DNA of 43,566 nucleotides. Source: Candidatus Aenigmatarchaeota archaeon (GTDB taxonomy: Archaea; Aenigmatarchaeota; Aenigmatarchaeia; GW2011-AR5; GCA-2688965). Positions within the stretch are counted from its first letter, which is position 1. Each line of letters starts with the position of its first letter. Location of the stretch: positions 1 to 43,566 of the forward strand of contig JBDRKV010000027.1 in NCBI GenBank assembly GCA_043813745.1, given 5' to 3'. The translations under genes were made by a program, and so were the position numbers. The notes below the pieces were generated by a model, which searched no databases, had not been told where the DNA came from, and was given only the letters and a program-made list of their open reading frames with translations. This document shows, piece by piece, positions 35,281 through 43,513 of this stretch.

Positions 35281-35877
35281 TCATTTCAGCACGATGCCTG
35301 TCTTCATGTACCATAAGTAGAGGTCTAGTTCGGCCAGAGACAAGTCTGTTGCTCTACCGAGCTCTACCAACTTCTCCTCGATTTCTTCATAACGCTTCTT
35401 GCTGAGCGTTTTTGGCTTTTCAATAACGCCGTGCTCTGACAAAACATTCAGTATGTGGCGGTCTATTATGGCAACGTCGTCGTAACCAACGTTTCTTAGG
35501 AAATGCGATGCTTCTTTCATGCCTATGCCTTTCACATTATCCGCGAGCCATTCGCGCGCTTCGCGGCTGGTTTTTCCATCCAGTTGCTTAGCAACGTCCA
35601 TAGGCGCATTGCAGATAAACTCTGCGCGTGCATTTGGAAATCTGTGACCCATTTTTTTAAGATGCTTTGCCATGTTTTTTTCAGTTAGGTTAAAGTCCGT
35701 GCTTTGCTGGATTTCAATGCCTTTCTTTGCTGTGGAGTTTGCCGTGAGTATACAGAAGCAAAGCTCTGAGAACCATCTGCTTGTTGGGACGGATTTGAAT
35801 TCCTTGATACGCTCTCTGACTATTTTACTAACGTCCGAGCGCTTCAGTGCGTTTATTTTAGAAACAAGGGCTTGCAT
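35281..35877 (-). CDS. ogg: N-glycosylase/DNA lyase (archaeal Ogg2-type 8-oxoguanine glycosylase, HhH-GPD)
   Basis: HhH region VKGIGMKEASHFLRNVGYDDVAIIDRHI with catalytic Lys and Asp spacing. Confidence 0.8.
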   Translation of the reverse strand: MQALVSKINALKRSDVSKIVRERIKEFKSVPTSRWFSELCFCILTANSTAKKGIEIQQSTDFNLTEKNMAKHLKKMGHRFPNARAEFICNAPMDVAKQLDGKTSREAREWLADNVKGIGMKEASHFLRNVGYDDVAIIDRHILNVLSEHGVIEKPKTLSKKRYEEIEEKLVELGRATDLSLAELDLYLWYMKTGIVLK

Positions 35878-35900
35878 GAAACATTATAAGAAACAATGAC

Positions 35901-36221
35901 TTAAATTTCTTGCAGTGGACCGCGTGGCTTGGCTAATGTTATGCTGGCGCCAGCGTGTTTTAATCCGTCTTGGAACCATTCCGGTATTTCTCCTAAAACG
36001 ACTATAGTGGGTCCATCACCATAGTCGAAAGCCATGGACATCCTATACCCTAGCTTGTGCCAATCCATCATTTCTTTCATTGGATCGCAAATGGGTGGGT
36101 AGCGAACATGAAAAATTGGGCCTTTGAACGCTTCTTTACCGAAAGAAAGTTCTACAAAATCCCCGTCCTGATATGGTTTTAAATCCGCGGTTTGTTGTGA
36201 CACGGCTGGTTCGTCATCCAT
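35901..36221 (-). CDS. Hypothetical protein (106 aa)
   Basis: ORF track. TATA-like TTTATAAATA lies upstream. Confidence 0.5.
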   Translation of the reverse strand: MDDEPAVSQQTADLKPYQDGDFVELSFGKEAFKGPIFHVRYPPICDPMKEMMDWHKLGYRMSMAFDYGDGPTIVVLGEIPEWFQDGLKHAGASITLAKPRGPLQEI

Positions 36222-36290
36222 GATAATAACAATAAGATAATATTTATAAATGTTTAAGAAAAAGCAAGAGTAATAAATTAAAACGCGCGC

Positions 36291-36377
36291 TCACGCGCAG
36301 GAAATGCACAATCCGCAGTTGTTACAGAACTTGGACGACGTCTTCGTGCCGCAATTAGGACATTCACGTACCATCAT
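36291..36377 (-). CDS. 28-aa zinc-ribbon mini-protein (MMVRECPNCGTKTSSKFCNNCGLCISCA)
   Basis: CxxC-x8-CxxC. GGTGA lies 4 nt upstream. The stop is embedded in a GCGCG/CGCGC hairpin followed by a T-rich run. Confidence 0.4.
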   Translation of the reverse strand: MMVRECPNCGTKTSSKFCNNCGLCISCA

Positions 36378-36584
36378 ATTCACCGTAAGGTAAAATTCCC
36401 TTTTTCTCGTGGCATATATATTGATTTCTGCTCTGTGGAATATGTTTTCAAAAGGCGTTGTGATTTTTTGGCAGTGACTTTTTATGCTGGAGTTTTATAC
36501 TCGATAGTGATTAATTACATTGACTAAAACCCATCATGGCTGAGCCATTTTTAAAGATTGGAGATAAATTAAATAAAGATCCGT

Positions 36585-38006
36585 ATGAAGCCTAGATTGA
36601 TGTTTATTGTTCTGGCTGCTCTTGTGCTATGTGCTGGCACTGTTCATGCTGATAATGATAATATTGCCATATCTGCGGACAGAAGCATGATGTCTGTGGA
36701 TCACGGAAAAAGCGCTTTTCTGGAAATAAACCTCTCAAGCAAAATTGACGACATACTTGTGTTCTCGATAAAGGACACGAAGACATGGATATCGTTGAAC
36801 GAGCAGCAGCTGCGCGTCAATGCCAGCGAGCGCAATACTGTCAGGCTCTACGCAACGCCTACAAAGGACGTGTTTCCGGTTTCATATAGAATAGAGGTCA
36901 TTGCGCAGTCGTCTGCAACAGGCGAGAAGAAAAGCCTGGTGCTGTTCATAAGCGTGATAAAGGCAGAGTACGACATAATGTTCAAAGATCTCGTGGTAAC
37001 TGGCGAGTTCAGGCCCACTGGAAAAATAAACATAGTACCTTCTGTCAAAAACAGCCGCAGCATCACCGTGCCAGACGTTGAAGTCAAGCTTGAGTTGCTA
37101 TCTTCAACAAGAAAGATTATTTCTGAAACAAGGGGTATGTTTGCGAAGATAGAGCCAAACGAGACGGCTTCAATCAACATATCGTGGTCGCTTCCAAAAA
37201 ACCTGCCTGATGGTAAGTATACCTTGGCAGCAACCGTGGTGGTTGATGGTAATAATCTGGATGAAATGGAAAGCGACACGTTTCAGGTGCAGAAAGTCGG
37301 CATAATCGAGCTCACTGAAAGTGTTTCTTTCGGGTTCATTGGTGTTGGTGAAAAGTTCGTATACGAAAACGTGGGTAATGACAAAAACGACTCGCTGACG
37401 CTTGAAAAGGACCTTGGCGGACTGGCCACTTTATATGTCGGCACTGAGCCGACCGAGGAGAAAGACGGAAAATACATATGGACGTTTTCGGTCGCTGTGG
37501 GCGAAACGAAAACCATAGAATATTACATCAATTACCTGCTGATAATCATCGTTGTTATAATCATCGCGGCAATCGCATGGTACGTGCTGAATGCGATAAT
37601 GACTGTATATCTTTCAAAGAAAATCCTGCACCAGAAGAAGATAGAAGACGGCACGCAGTTTACTGTCGGTGTTGAGATCAAGAACAACACTGGCAGGCAG
37701 ATAAATGACATCGTGATACGGGATTTCGTGCCTTCGGTATTCAAATTTTTGAGAACAGCGACATCAATAAAGCCCATTGAACGACGGACACCAGTGGGTA
37801 CAGAGCTCATATGGCGCATACGTGACATGGGCCGCGGCGAGACACGCGTGGTTAGCTATGCCATACAGTCCACCATAGGCGTTACTGGGCAGCTGCGTTT
37901 GCCTGCTGCCAGTGCCCGTTATCGCTACAAAGCGTTACGTTTGAAGCGCGACAGCAACACGCCTGTGCTCGGAGAAACCGACAAGGACGCTAGAAACATT
38001 TCCTAA
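36585..38006 (+). CDS. Membrane-anchored surface protein with CARDB/DUF11-like beta-sandwich repeats
   Basis: Signal peptide (LCAGTVHA), repeated Ig-like segments, a TM helix (LLIIIVVIIIAAIAWYVL), then a DUF11-like segment (RDFVPSVF...GETRVVSYAIQ). Confidence 0.55.
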   Translation: MKPRLMFIVLAALVLCAGTVHADNDNIAISADRSMMSVDHGKSAFLEINLSSKIDDILVFSIKDTKTWISLNEQQLRVNASERNTVRLYATPTKDVFPVSYRIEVIAQSSATGEKKSLVLFISVIKAEYDIMFKDLVVTGEFRPTGKINIVPSVKNSRSITVPDVEVKLELLSSTRKIISETRGMFAKIEPNETASINISWSLPKNLPDGKYTLAATVVVDGNNLDEMESDTFQVQKVGIIELTESVSFGFIGVGEKFVYENVGNDKNDSLTLEKDLGGLATLYVGTEPTEEKDGKYIWTFSVAVGETKTIEYYINYLLIIIVVIIIAAIAWYVLNAIMTVYLSKKILHQKKIEDGTQFTVGVEIKNNTGRQINDIVIRDFVPSVFKFLRTATSIKPIERRTPVGTELIWRIRDMGRGETRVVSYAIQSTIGVTGQLRLPAASARYRYKALRLKRDSNTPVLGETDKDARNIS

Positions 38007-38015
38007 AGTGTTTGT

Positions 38016-38567
38016 ATGAAAGAAGTCAACGCGTATTTATCGCATCAGCTCGGTTTTTCTGAAACCGGAAGATATGTTCTCGGTAATTTGATAAAGCCAA
38101 GGATTGCGGAAATAGGTATAAAGATCCTGGACCCTTTTGTAGAATGCGAAAAAAAGCTGGACTACCAAAAACGTCGTGAAGCATTTCAACGCGATTACAA
38201 AGCTATGGAAAGATTTTTTATAAATTTCAGCAGGACTATTACACCGACCAATAACAAACTGATGCAAAAGTCTGATTTGCAGCTTGCGCTGCTTGACGGC
38301 GGGCCTGCTATTGATGACGGCGTTGCAAGCGAAATAGGCTATTATGCCGGCCTTAATCATTGGCGAATAAAACGCGGCCAGAAACCAAAACCGATATTTG
38401 CGCTGAGGAGCGACTCCAGGTGCGGCGAAAACATCGGTGTTTCGATAAATCCGCAGGTTTGGGGCTACATACTCAGCAGCGGCGGCGCTTTGGTTGACGG
38501 AGAGGGTGCTGTTGAGAGATGGTTTGCTGAAATAGAGAAATGGTATAAATCTTTCAGAGATGGATGA
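38016..38567 (+). CDS. Nucleoside 2-deoxyribosyltransferase family protein
   Basis: YLSHQLGFSE ... LLDGGPAIDDGVASEIGYYAG matches the family core. Confidence 0.75.
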   Translation: MKEVNAYLSHQLGFSETGRYVLGNLIKPRIAEIGIKILDPFVECEKKLDYQKRREAFQRDYKAMERFFINFSRTITPTNNKLMQKSDLQLALLDGGPAIDDGVASEIGYYAGLNHWRIKRGQKPKPIFALRSDSRCGENIGVSINPQVWGYILSSGGALVDGEGAVERWFAEIEKWYKSFRDG

Positions 38568-38579
38568 CCATTGCGACAA

Positions 38580-38849
38580 CTATGGAACTAAGTCATAAAA
38601 AAACTTTCTTTTGGCGCCTTCCTCAGTGCTGTATGTTGCAGCATCTGGAGGCAGATTTAATTTATACCTGGCAGAGCCTTCTGGAACTGTAAGCGTAAAG
38701 TGTGGAGGCGCGCTTGCTAACATTTGCGCGATTCTCGGGTGATCACTTTTCGGGACGTTGTCAATACCGAATATATCAATGACTGTGAGTACTTCGCCAC
38801 CTTTTGTGGCGTATTTTACAAAAACGAGTATTCTTTTTGAGAACGGCAT
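38580..38849 (-). CDS. Hypothetical small protein (89 aa)
   Basis: ORF track. ATTTATAAAA lies 20-28 nt upstream of the ATG. Confidence 0.5.
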   Translation of the reverse strand: MPFSKRILVFVKYATKGGEVLTVIDIFGIDNVPKSDHPRIAQMLASAPPHFTLTVPEGSARYKLNLPPDAATYSTEEGAKRKFFYDLVP

Positions 38850-39053
38850 AATTAGAATTAGTAATTAATTTTATAAATCGATAATTTCGTCGTAGTAGTC
38901 GGCGGGGGTTCCAACCGTCGCCGAACCGCGGGACACAGTCCCCCAGTTCATGGGTTTTCCTGACCCCTTAAATTTTAGGCAGGGCGATGGAGGGTCAGTA
39001 GGAGTTCGTCAGGAATAATATTCTTAGCATCAGCCCACTGTTCTTTTCAATAC

Positions 39054-39083
39054 AATACTCTTTGCTTTCAAGAAAAGAGTATT
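39054..39083 (-). terminator. 10-bp hairpin and T-rich tract immediately 3' of tRNA-Tyr
   Basis: AATACTCTTT/AAAGAGTATT arms. The minus-strand read after the tRNA end is TAATACTCTTTTCTTG. Confidence 0.4.
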
Positions 39084-39084
39084 A

Positions 39085-39221
39085 TCCCTTGTCTGAGAGT
39101 TGAACTCAGAACCTCTCGGTTTCTATCGTCCGCTTCTTTTTTCCAAACGAAGGCTGGATTATAGTACGGTATTTACAGTACTAAGCTACAGCCGAGCGCT
39201 CTACCATTGAGCTAACAAGGG
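39085..39221 (-). tRNA. tRNA-Tyr (anticodon GTA) with 65-nt canonical (37/38) intron
   Basis: Minus strand: CCCTTGT TA GCTC AATGGTA GAGC G CTCGG CTGTAG | intron 39185..39121 | A CCGAG AGGTT CTGAG TTCAACT CTCAG ACAAGGG A. BHB: central helix CTGT/ATAG with bulges AG|C and AA|A. Confidence 0.9.
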
Positions 39222-39248
39222 AATTTCACTTCGTTCAATTCCCTTGAA

Positions 39249-39372
39249 ATCCCGTCGCTTTGCTCCGTGATAACAAGGGAATCCGTTGCCCCTGTATCCG
39301 TCGCTTTGCTCCGTGATAACAAGGGAATCCGTTGCCCCTGTATCCCGTCGCTTTGCTCCGTGATAACAAGGG
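39249..39372. repeat. Tandem repeat, 2.6 copies of a 46-47-bp unit, upstream of tRNA-Tyr
   Basis: Units 39249-39295, 39296-39341 and 39342-39372 (truncated). They are identical except for a 1-nt C indel. Each contains TAACAAGGGAAT, which is also the tRNA-Tyr 5' end and flank. Confidence 0.9.
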
Positions 39373-39421
39373 TGCTTGCTTAATCAAGATATTGAAAGAA
39401 TTATTTAAAAACATTGAAAAA

Positions 39422-39514
39422 CTAGAACTTCTTCTTGCCGTGGGTCTTGCCGCGTCCCAGGCGCTTCTGGCGCGTTTTTTCCATACGCTTGACCTTTCTA
39501 AACCATGGACACAT
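39422..39514 (-). CDS. Possible 30-aa highly basic peptide (MCPWFRKVKRMEKTRQKRLGRGKTHGKKKF)
   Basis: The ATG lies 3 nt after the methyltransferase stop, on the same strand. Not matched to a known ribosomal protein by eye. Confidence 0.3.
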   Translation of the reverse strand: MCPWFRKVKRMEKTRQKRLGRGKTHGKKKF

Positions 39515-39517
39515 ATT

Positions 39518-40093
39518 TTATTTACCCCCTTTTGTCACTTCAAATACAAATAGCTTTTCCCATTCAATTTTTTTCTCAGCTATTTTCTTTGCGGCAAATC
39601 CATTCTTTGCGAAAATTTCAAATGTCTCCTGCTTGCCTGTTAGTGACGATATAAGAAGTAATATGTTTCCGTTACTGTTTAAATACCTGCCCGCCTGTTC
39701 TATGAAACGTCTGACTATGGCTATTCCGCCAGTGGTATCAATATTTTTATCGTATTCGTCTTCAGGCAGGTATGGCGGGTTGAAGATTATCAAATCAAAT
39801 GTACCTGAAACATTTTGGAGCAAATCTGAATGAATAAAATTGATTCTGACGCTATTTTGTTTGGCGTTTTGTTTTGCTGTTTTTATCGCCTGTTCACTAA
39901 GGTCTGTAGACGTTACGCTTGCTCCTGCTTTTGCTGCGACTATCGCGAGCAGGCCAGAGCCTGTGCCCATGTCCAGAACGCGCTTGTTTTTCAGCTCAAG
40001 TTTTTCTATTATTTCTGCCAGCATATAGCTATCTTCTGCCGGAGCGTAAACATTGTCTGTCTGTAGAATAATGTCTTTGTAGAATGACTTCAT
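39518..40093 (-). CDS. HemK/PrmC(Mtq2)-like N5-glutamine methyltransferase
   Basis: SAM motif VLDMGTGSGLLA and NPPY tetrapeptide (IIFNPPYLPE). Confidence 0.85.
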   Translation of the reverse strand: MKSFYKDIILQTDNVYAPAEDSYMLAEIIEKLELKNKRVLDMGTGSGLLAIVAAKAGASVTSTDLSEQAIKTAKQNAKQNSVRINFIHSDLLQNVSGTFDLIIFNPPYLPEDEYDKNIDTTGGIAIVRRFIEQAGRYLNSNGNILLLISSLTGKQETFEIFAKNGFAAKKIAEKKIEWEKLFVFEVTKGGK

Positions 40094-40109
40094 GAAAACA
40101 CTTCCATGA

Positions 40110-40934
40110 TTAAACAGCGTCAGCGAGCTTTTTTAAGCTGGCTCTGACGTGCCTGGTTACAATATCACAGGACCTGGGATTGTCTATGAATCTGCGTGAT
40201 TTTTTCAGCAAATAACTTGATAATTCTTGCATACCATCTGAAAAAGCATCTCTAACTTCGTTCTCCGCAGCTTCTTCCAATAAAATTCCATAACAACTAC
40301 CATTCCAATCTGATATTTCGTCTATAGGAATTGTTCTTCCAGATGAATATATGTGATCAAGAACTGTTTGGGGAAGCGCTGTGCTTCCGCAGAAATCCAC
40401 AATCGGCGATATTCTTTCGGCATCATCCCAACCATGAAAATCTACCAATGCCAATTCTTCACCGTTTACTATAACGTGGTTTGCGACTACATCACGATGG
40501 ACTACACCAGCAGAATGAATGTAATCTAAAATATCAACTAAACCAGTTAAAGTTCTGACAATCTTTCCACGGCCGTCTTTCGTGGAAAAATCTAAATTTT
40601 TCTTCAAGTTGGTTCCTGGAAAATGCTGTAGGGACAGGTAGCCAAACGTATTCGACTCTATATTTAGCTCTCCAAAATCATAACATTGGGGGATGCTCTT
40701 GTGCGACAATTTTGACAAGCCCCGCGCTTCGAGTTCATACGTTCTGACGGGTCTGCCTAAAAGAACGCCGGCTGTCTTGCCTTTGTATTGACCAACTAAG
40801 TAATTTGACTGACAGTTACCACTAGGTAGGAGGTCAAAGTTGACGTCTGTTATGCCTTCCGTCTCTAATGCTGACATCAGTAATTCCGCGTCCACGTTTC
40901 CGCGGAGATACACATTGTATGTGCGTTTTCCCAT
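40110..40934 (-). CDS. Protein-kinase-like fold protein (ePK/APH-like)
   Basis: Catalytic loop VVHRDVVANHVIV and LVDFHG (DFG-like). Start set at ATG 40934 (MGKRTYNV). Confidence 0.65.
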   Translation of the reverse strand: MGKRTYNVYLRGNVDAELLMSALETEGITDVNFDLLPSGNCQSNYLVGQYKGKTAGVLLGRPVRTYELEARGLSKLSHKSIPQCYDFGELNIESNTFGYLSLQHFPGTNLKKNLDFSTKDGRGKIVRTLTGLVDILDYIHSAGVVHRDVVANHVIVNGEELALVDFHGWDDAERISPIVDFCGSTALPQTVLDHIYSSGRTIPIDEISDWNGSCYGILLEEAAENEVRDAFSDGMQELSSYLLKKSRRFIDNPRSCDIVTRHVRASLKKLADAV

Positions 40935-41056
40935 AGAATCTCGTTCGCAGAAATGGATAAAAGGGTTTAAGAAATTTCTCAAATCATTCTAAGAAGCCCG
41001 ATTACGATGAAAAGTATAAAAGGCGTTACATAATTTCATTAAAGGCTTAATAAAAA

Positions 41057-41545
41057 TCAAATGCTCATTAGCATGCTCAATGCTATCAGAAGGGCAAATG
41101 GCAAAATCGCCACTAAAAACGCTTTTGTCATCTTGACCTGGTAGAATACCGAGATGCCCTTGACCATTAAATAAACTAACCAGACGCTTGCAATCAGTGA
41201 GACTATTGGAATCCAACCCAGCAGCACGAACGGCGTCATTGCGTATACAGACACTTTGAGTGTGAGGAAATACTTGTTCCATTCCCTGTCAATGCCCAGC
41301 AACATCACAAACAGGTGCATCAGGCCTGCGACAATAAAGATCATAAGTATTCCGCTGAACCAGTACAATACCATGAGATGGAACTGTGCTATATAACCCA
41401 GATTCGTCAGCACACCTATCAATAACTGGATTGCGCATATCGCGAGCATGTACGTTAGCGTATCCATGAGCGTTTCTCCGCCCAGCTTGCTGAAGAACTC
41501 GGCTGGTTTTATCATGACATTTATGGCTTTATCAATTAGCTCCAT
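41057..41545 (-). CDS. Yip1-domain membrane protein
   Basis: 162 aa. N-terminus IKPAEFFSKL followed by 5 TM helices, typical of Yip1/DUF1282. Confidence 0.7.
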   Translation of the reverse strand: MELIDKAINVMIKPAEFFSKLGGETLMDTLTYMLAICAIQLLIGVLTNLGYIAQFHLMVLYWFSGILMIFIVAGLMHLFVMLLGIDREWNKYFLTLKVSVYAMTPFVLLGWIPIVSLIASVWLVYLMVKGISVFYQVKMTKAFLVAILPFALLIALSMLMSI

Positions 41546-41905
41546 TTAATCACCTTGGCTGCTTTGGGATTCGGCGGACAGCGTGTTCCCCTTGTCCCTC
41601 GCGTTATTTTGTAGATTGATCACAGATATCTTGCAGCAATATTCTTCCACGCATTGCTTGGCATTGATATTGTACAGCTGCTTGCAGCTTTCCTGGAATC
41701 CCGTATCCATCTGCAGGAATCCGCGTTGCTGCTGGTTGTTACAGTCTATCTGCGTGCATTTTTCGCTGTAGACTCTCTGGTAATCGATATTCTGCCTTTG
41801 CGTTTGCGTCGTGCTGATCACGAATGACATGATCGCGACGAGCACTATGAGCGCCACGATTATTATGACTACCGTATTCACTGCTATCGATGCTTTTCTC
41901 ATCAT
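41546..41905 (-). CDS. Cys-rich protein with class III (type IV pilin-like) signal peptide
   Basis: MMRKA|SIAVNTVVIIIVALIVLVAIMSFV, then 6 Cys including a CC pair. The ORF-track start at 41944 is TTG inside a hairpin, so ATG 41905 is preferred. Confidence 0.55.
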   Translation of the reverse strand: MMRKASIAVNTVVIIIVALIVLVAIMSFVISTTQTQRQNIDYQRVYSEKCTQIDCNNQQQRGFLQMDTGFQESCKQLYNINAKQCVEEYCCKISVINLQNNARDKGNTLSAESQSSQGD

Positions 41906-41928
41906 ATAAGACACCTTCGGTTTCTCTG

Positions 41929-41953
41929 AAAAGGCATTTTTCAAATGCCTTTT
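41929..41953 (-). terminator. 11-bp perfect hairpin downstream of gene 42002..43513
   Basis: AAAAGGCATTT-TTC-AAATGCCTTTT. On the minus strand the 3' arm ends in TTTT. Confidence 0.45.
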
Positions 41954-42001
41954 ATGTGCAAAGGACTTTGTCCTTTCTACATCATCCGCTTCCTATTATC
42001 A

Positions 42002-43513
42002 CTAACATGTGTAACCGATTGACTGGCACTGACCTGTTGACGAGCCAGATGGTATGCACCACTGACCGGCTGTCTTGTCCTGGCCTGGGTTTATGCAGGT
42101 CTCGCACGAGCTTTTCTGGCTATCTGTTGTTATTGCATCACAATTATTCGGGGCGCGTATTATTATGGGCGGGGTTATGGTCACCTGGCCTGCATCTGTG
42201 TAGCAGCATTTGTAGCCATAGCCGCAGAGTGACGTATCTGTATTTGCACTTCCGCATGAAACACGCGCATTCACGCAGATGCCATTGGGCTTTGCATTGC
42301 ATATGTCTGCTGAACCATAGCCCTGACTACTGTCTGGGTAACAACAGGTCTGCGATGGTTCGCCTAGCGGACAAGCTCCTGGGGCCGTGCCCTTATTGCC
42401 ACATCCAGCTCCTATGATGCAAACGCCAGTGCACGTATTGATGATGTTGCTCGGCAGGTTTGTTGGCCTGTACTCGGGACTCATGCCGCCCAGCAGATTC
42501 AATATCTTGGATGGTGTTTCATTGGTTAGTGTCCTTTCCAGTGCAGCGTAATCAGAAGCGCCCAATGATTGGGGAGCAGAGCTTGCTTTTGCTGTTGCTA
42601 TCCCGCCTCTTATGAGCGTGCCTATCAAATCAATTTTCTTGACATCCTCGCTTATAACGCCTGGCGGCAGCTTCTGGTTCACGTCCTGTATGTCCAACTT
42701 TATTGCCTGCTGTAAGTAGTCCATGAACTGGAACTTGGCTCCGGATTGCTGCACCCCTACATACGGATCTGCTGCAAAGCCTGGCTTTATGCCCGGCGTT
42801 GGCTGGTAGCCGAAATTAAAATTGTCCATGGTTATGCCGTCTGAATTCGATATCCATTTCCAGATGCCGTCTGTTGCTTGCTTGAATTCAAAATTATTTG
42901 CTATTGATTTTATGGCTGAGCTATAGAAGCTGTCAAAGCCGTACTGGCCGAACGCTGCCAGGCTCGGGTCATTCGGGGCTATCTTTCTCAACCCGTTCTG
43001 ATCGAATATCGTGCCGCCACTGTTCTTCAGGTTCGTGAAAAATCCTTCCTGGTTATAACCAAATCCTCCAAAGCCGCTCGTGAATCCGTTGAAGCCTGCC
43101 TGAGTGCTATATCCCAGTCCAAACATATTGTCACGGTAGCCGACATTAAACCCGCCCACATTGTCTGGCGAGAATGTGAATCCGCCAAGGCTGAGGCTGC
43201 CGGTTTTTATAAAATTCAATATAGGACACTGACCAAAGCTGCTCGATGGCGAGAAATAAGGTATGTATTTTGCTATCTCCTGCCTTATCGAGTTGAACGT
43301 GCCCAGCGTGTTCTTCGCCGTACCCCAGAGACTTTCCCAGAAACTTGTTGGTCCTTGTATCTCTCCAGTTGACGTGAGAAAGTCACCTATTTCATTTGTG
43401 TAACCAATGGCAGAGCCTGTATCTGGAAGCTCGGTGACATATGGTACAGCGTGAACTGAAACACTTGTCATCATTAAGAAAACCACGAACAAGGCAAGGA
43501 TGTTTGTACGCAT
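42002..43513 (-). CDS. Secreted protein with Gly/Phe/Asn-rich middle region and Cys-rich C-terminal modules
   Basis: Signal peptide MRTNILALFVVFLMMTSVSVHA. GFxxGF-type repeats. 18 Cys by my count in the last ~150 aa, with duplicated CCY motifs (QTCCYPD, YKCCYTD). Confidence 0.7.
   Translation of the reverse strand: MRTNILALFVVFLMMTSVSVHAVPYVTELPDTGSAIGYTNEIGDFLTSTGEIQGPTSFWESLWGTAKNTLGTFNSIRQEIAKYIPYFSPSSSFGQCPILNFIKTGSLSLGGFTFSPDNVGGFNVGYRDNMFGLGYSTQAGFNGFTSGFGGFGYNQEGFFTNLKNSGGTIFDQNGLRKIAPNDPSLAAFGQYGFDSFYSSAIKSIANNFEFKQATDGIWKWISNSDGITMDNFNFGYQPTPGIKPGFAADPYVGVQQSGAKFQFMDYLQQAIKLDIQDVNQKLPPGVISEDVKKIDLIGTLIRGGIATAKASSAPQSLGASDYAALERTLTNETPSKILNLLGGMSPEYRPTNLPSNIINTCTGVCIIGAGCGNKGTAPGACPLGEPSQTCCYPDSSQGYGSADICNAKPNGICVNARVSCGSANTDTSLCGYGYKCCYTDAGQVTITPPIIIRAPNNCDAITTDSQKSSCETCINPGQDKTAGQWCIPSGSSTGQCQSIGYTC

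Noticed and set aside
38890-39050. An additional tRNA or split-tRNA half in the GC-rich hairpin region
   Set aside because: There is no T-loop with the invariant TTC-R-A pattern and no matching acceptor strands on either strand.
39249-39372. Possible mini-CRISPR array
   Set aside because: The units abut directly with no unique spacers, and no cas genes lie nearby apart from the distant Cas4-like gene. It is a plain tandem repeat.
40989-41282. 97-aa minus-strand ORF
   Set aside because: It overlaps the Yip1-family gene in another frame, and the Yip1 frame has coherent TM helices.
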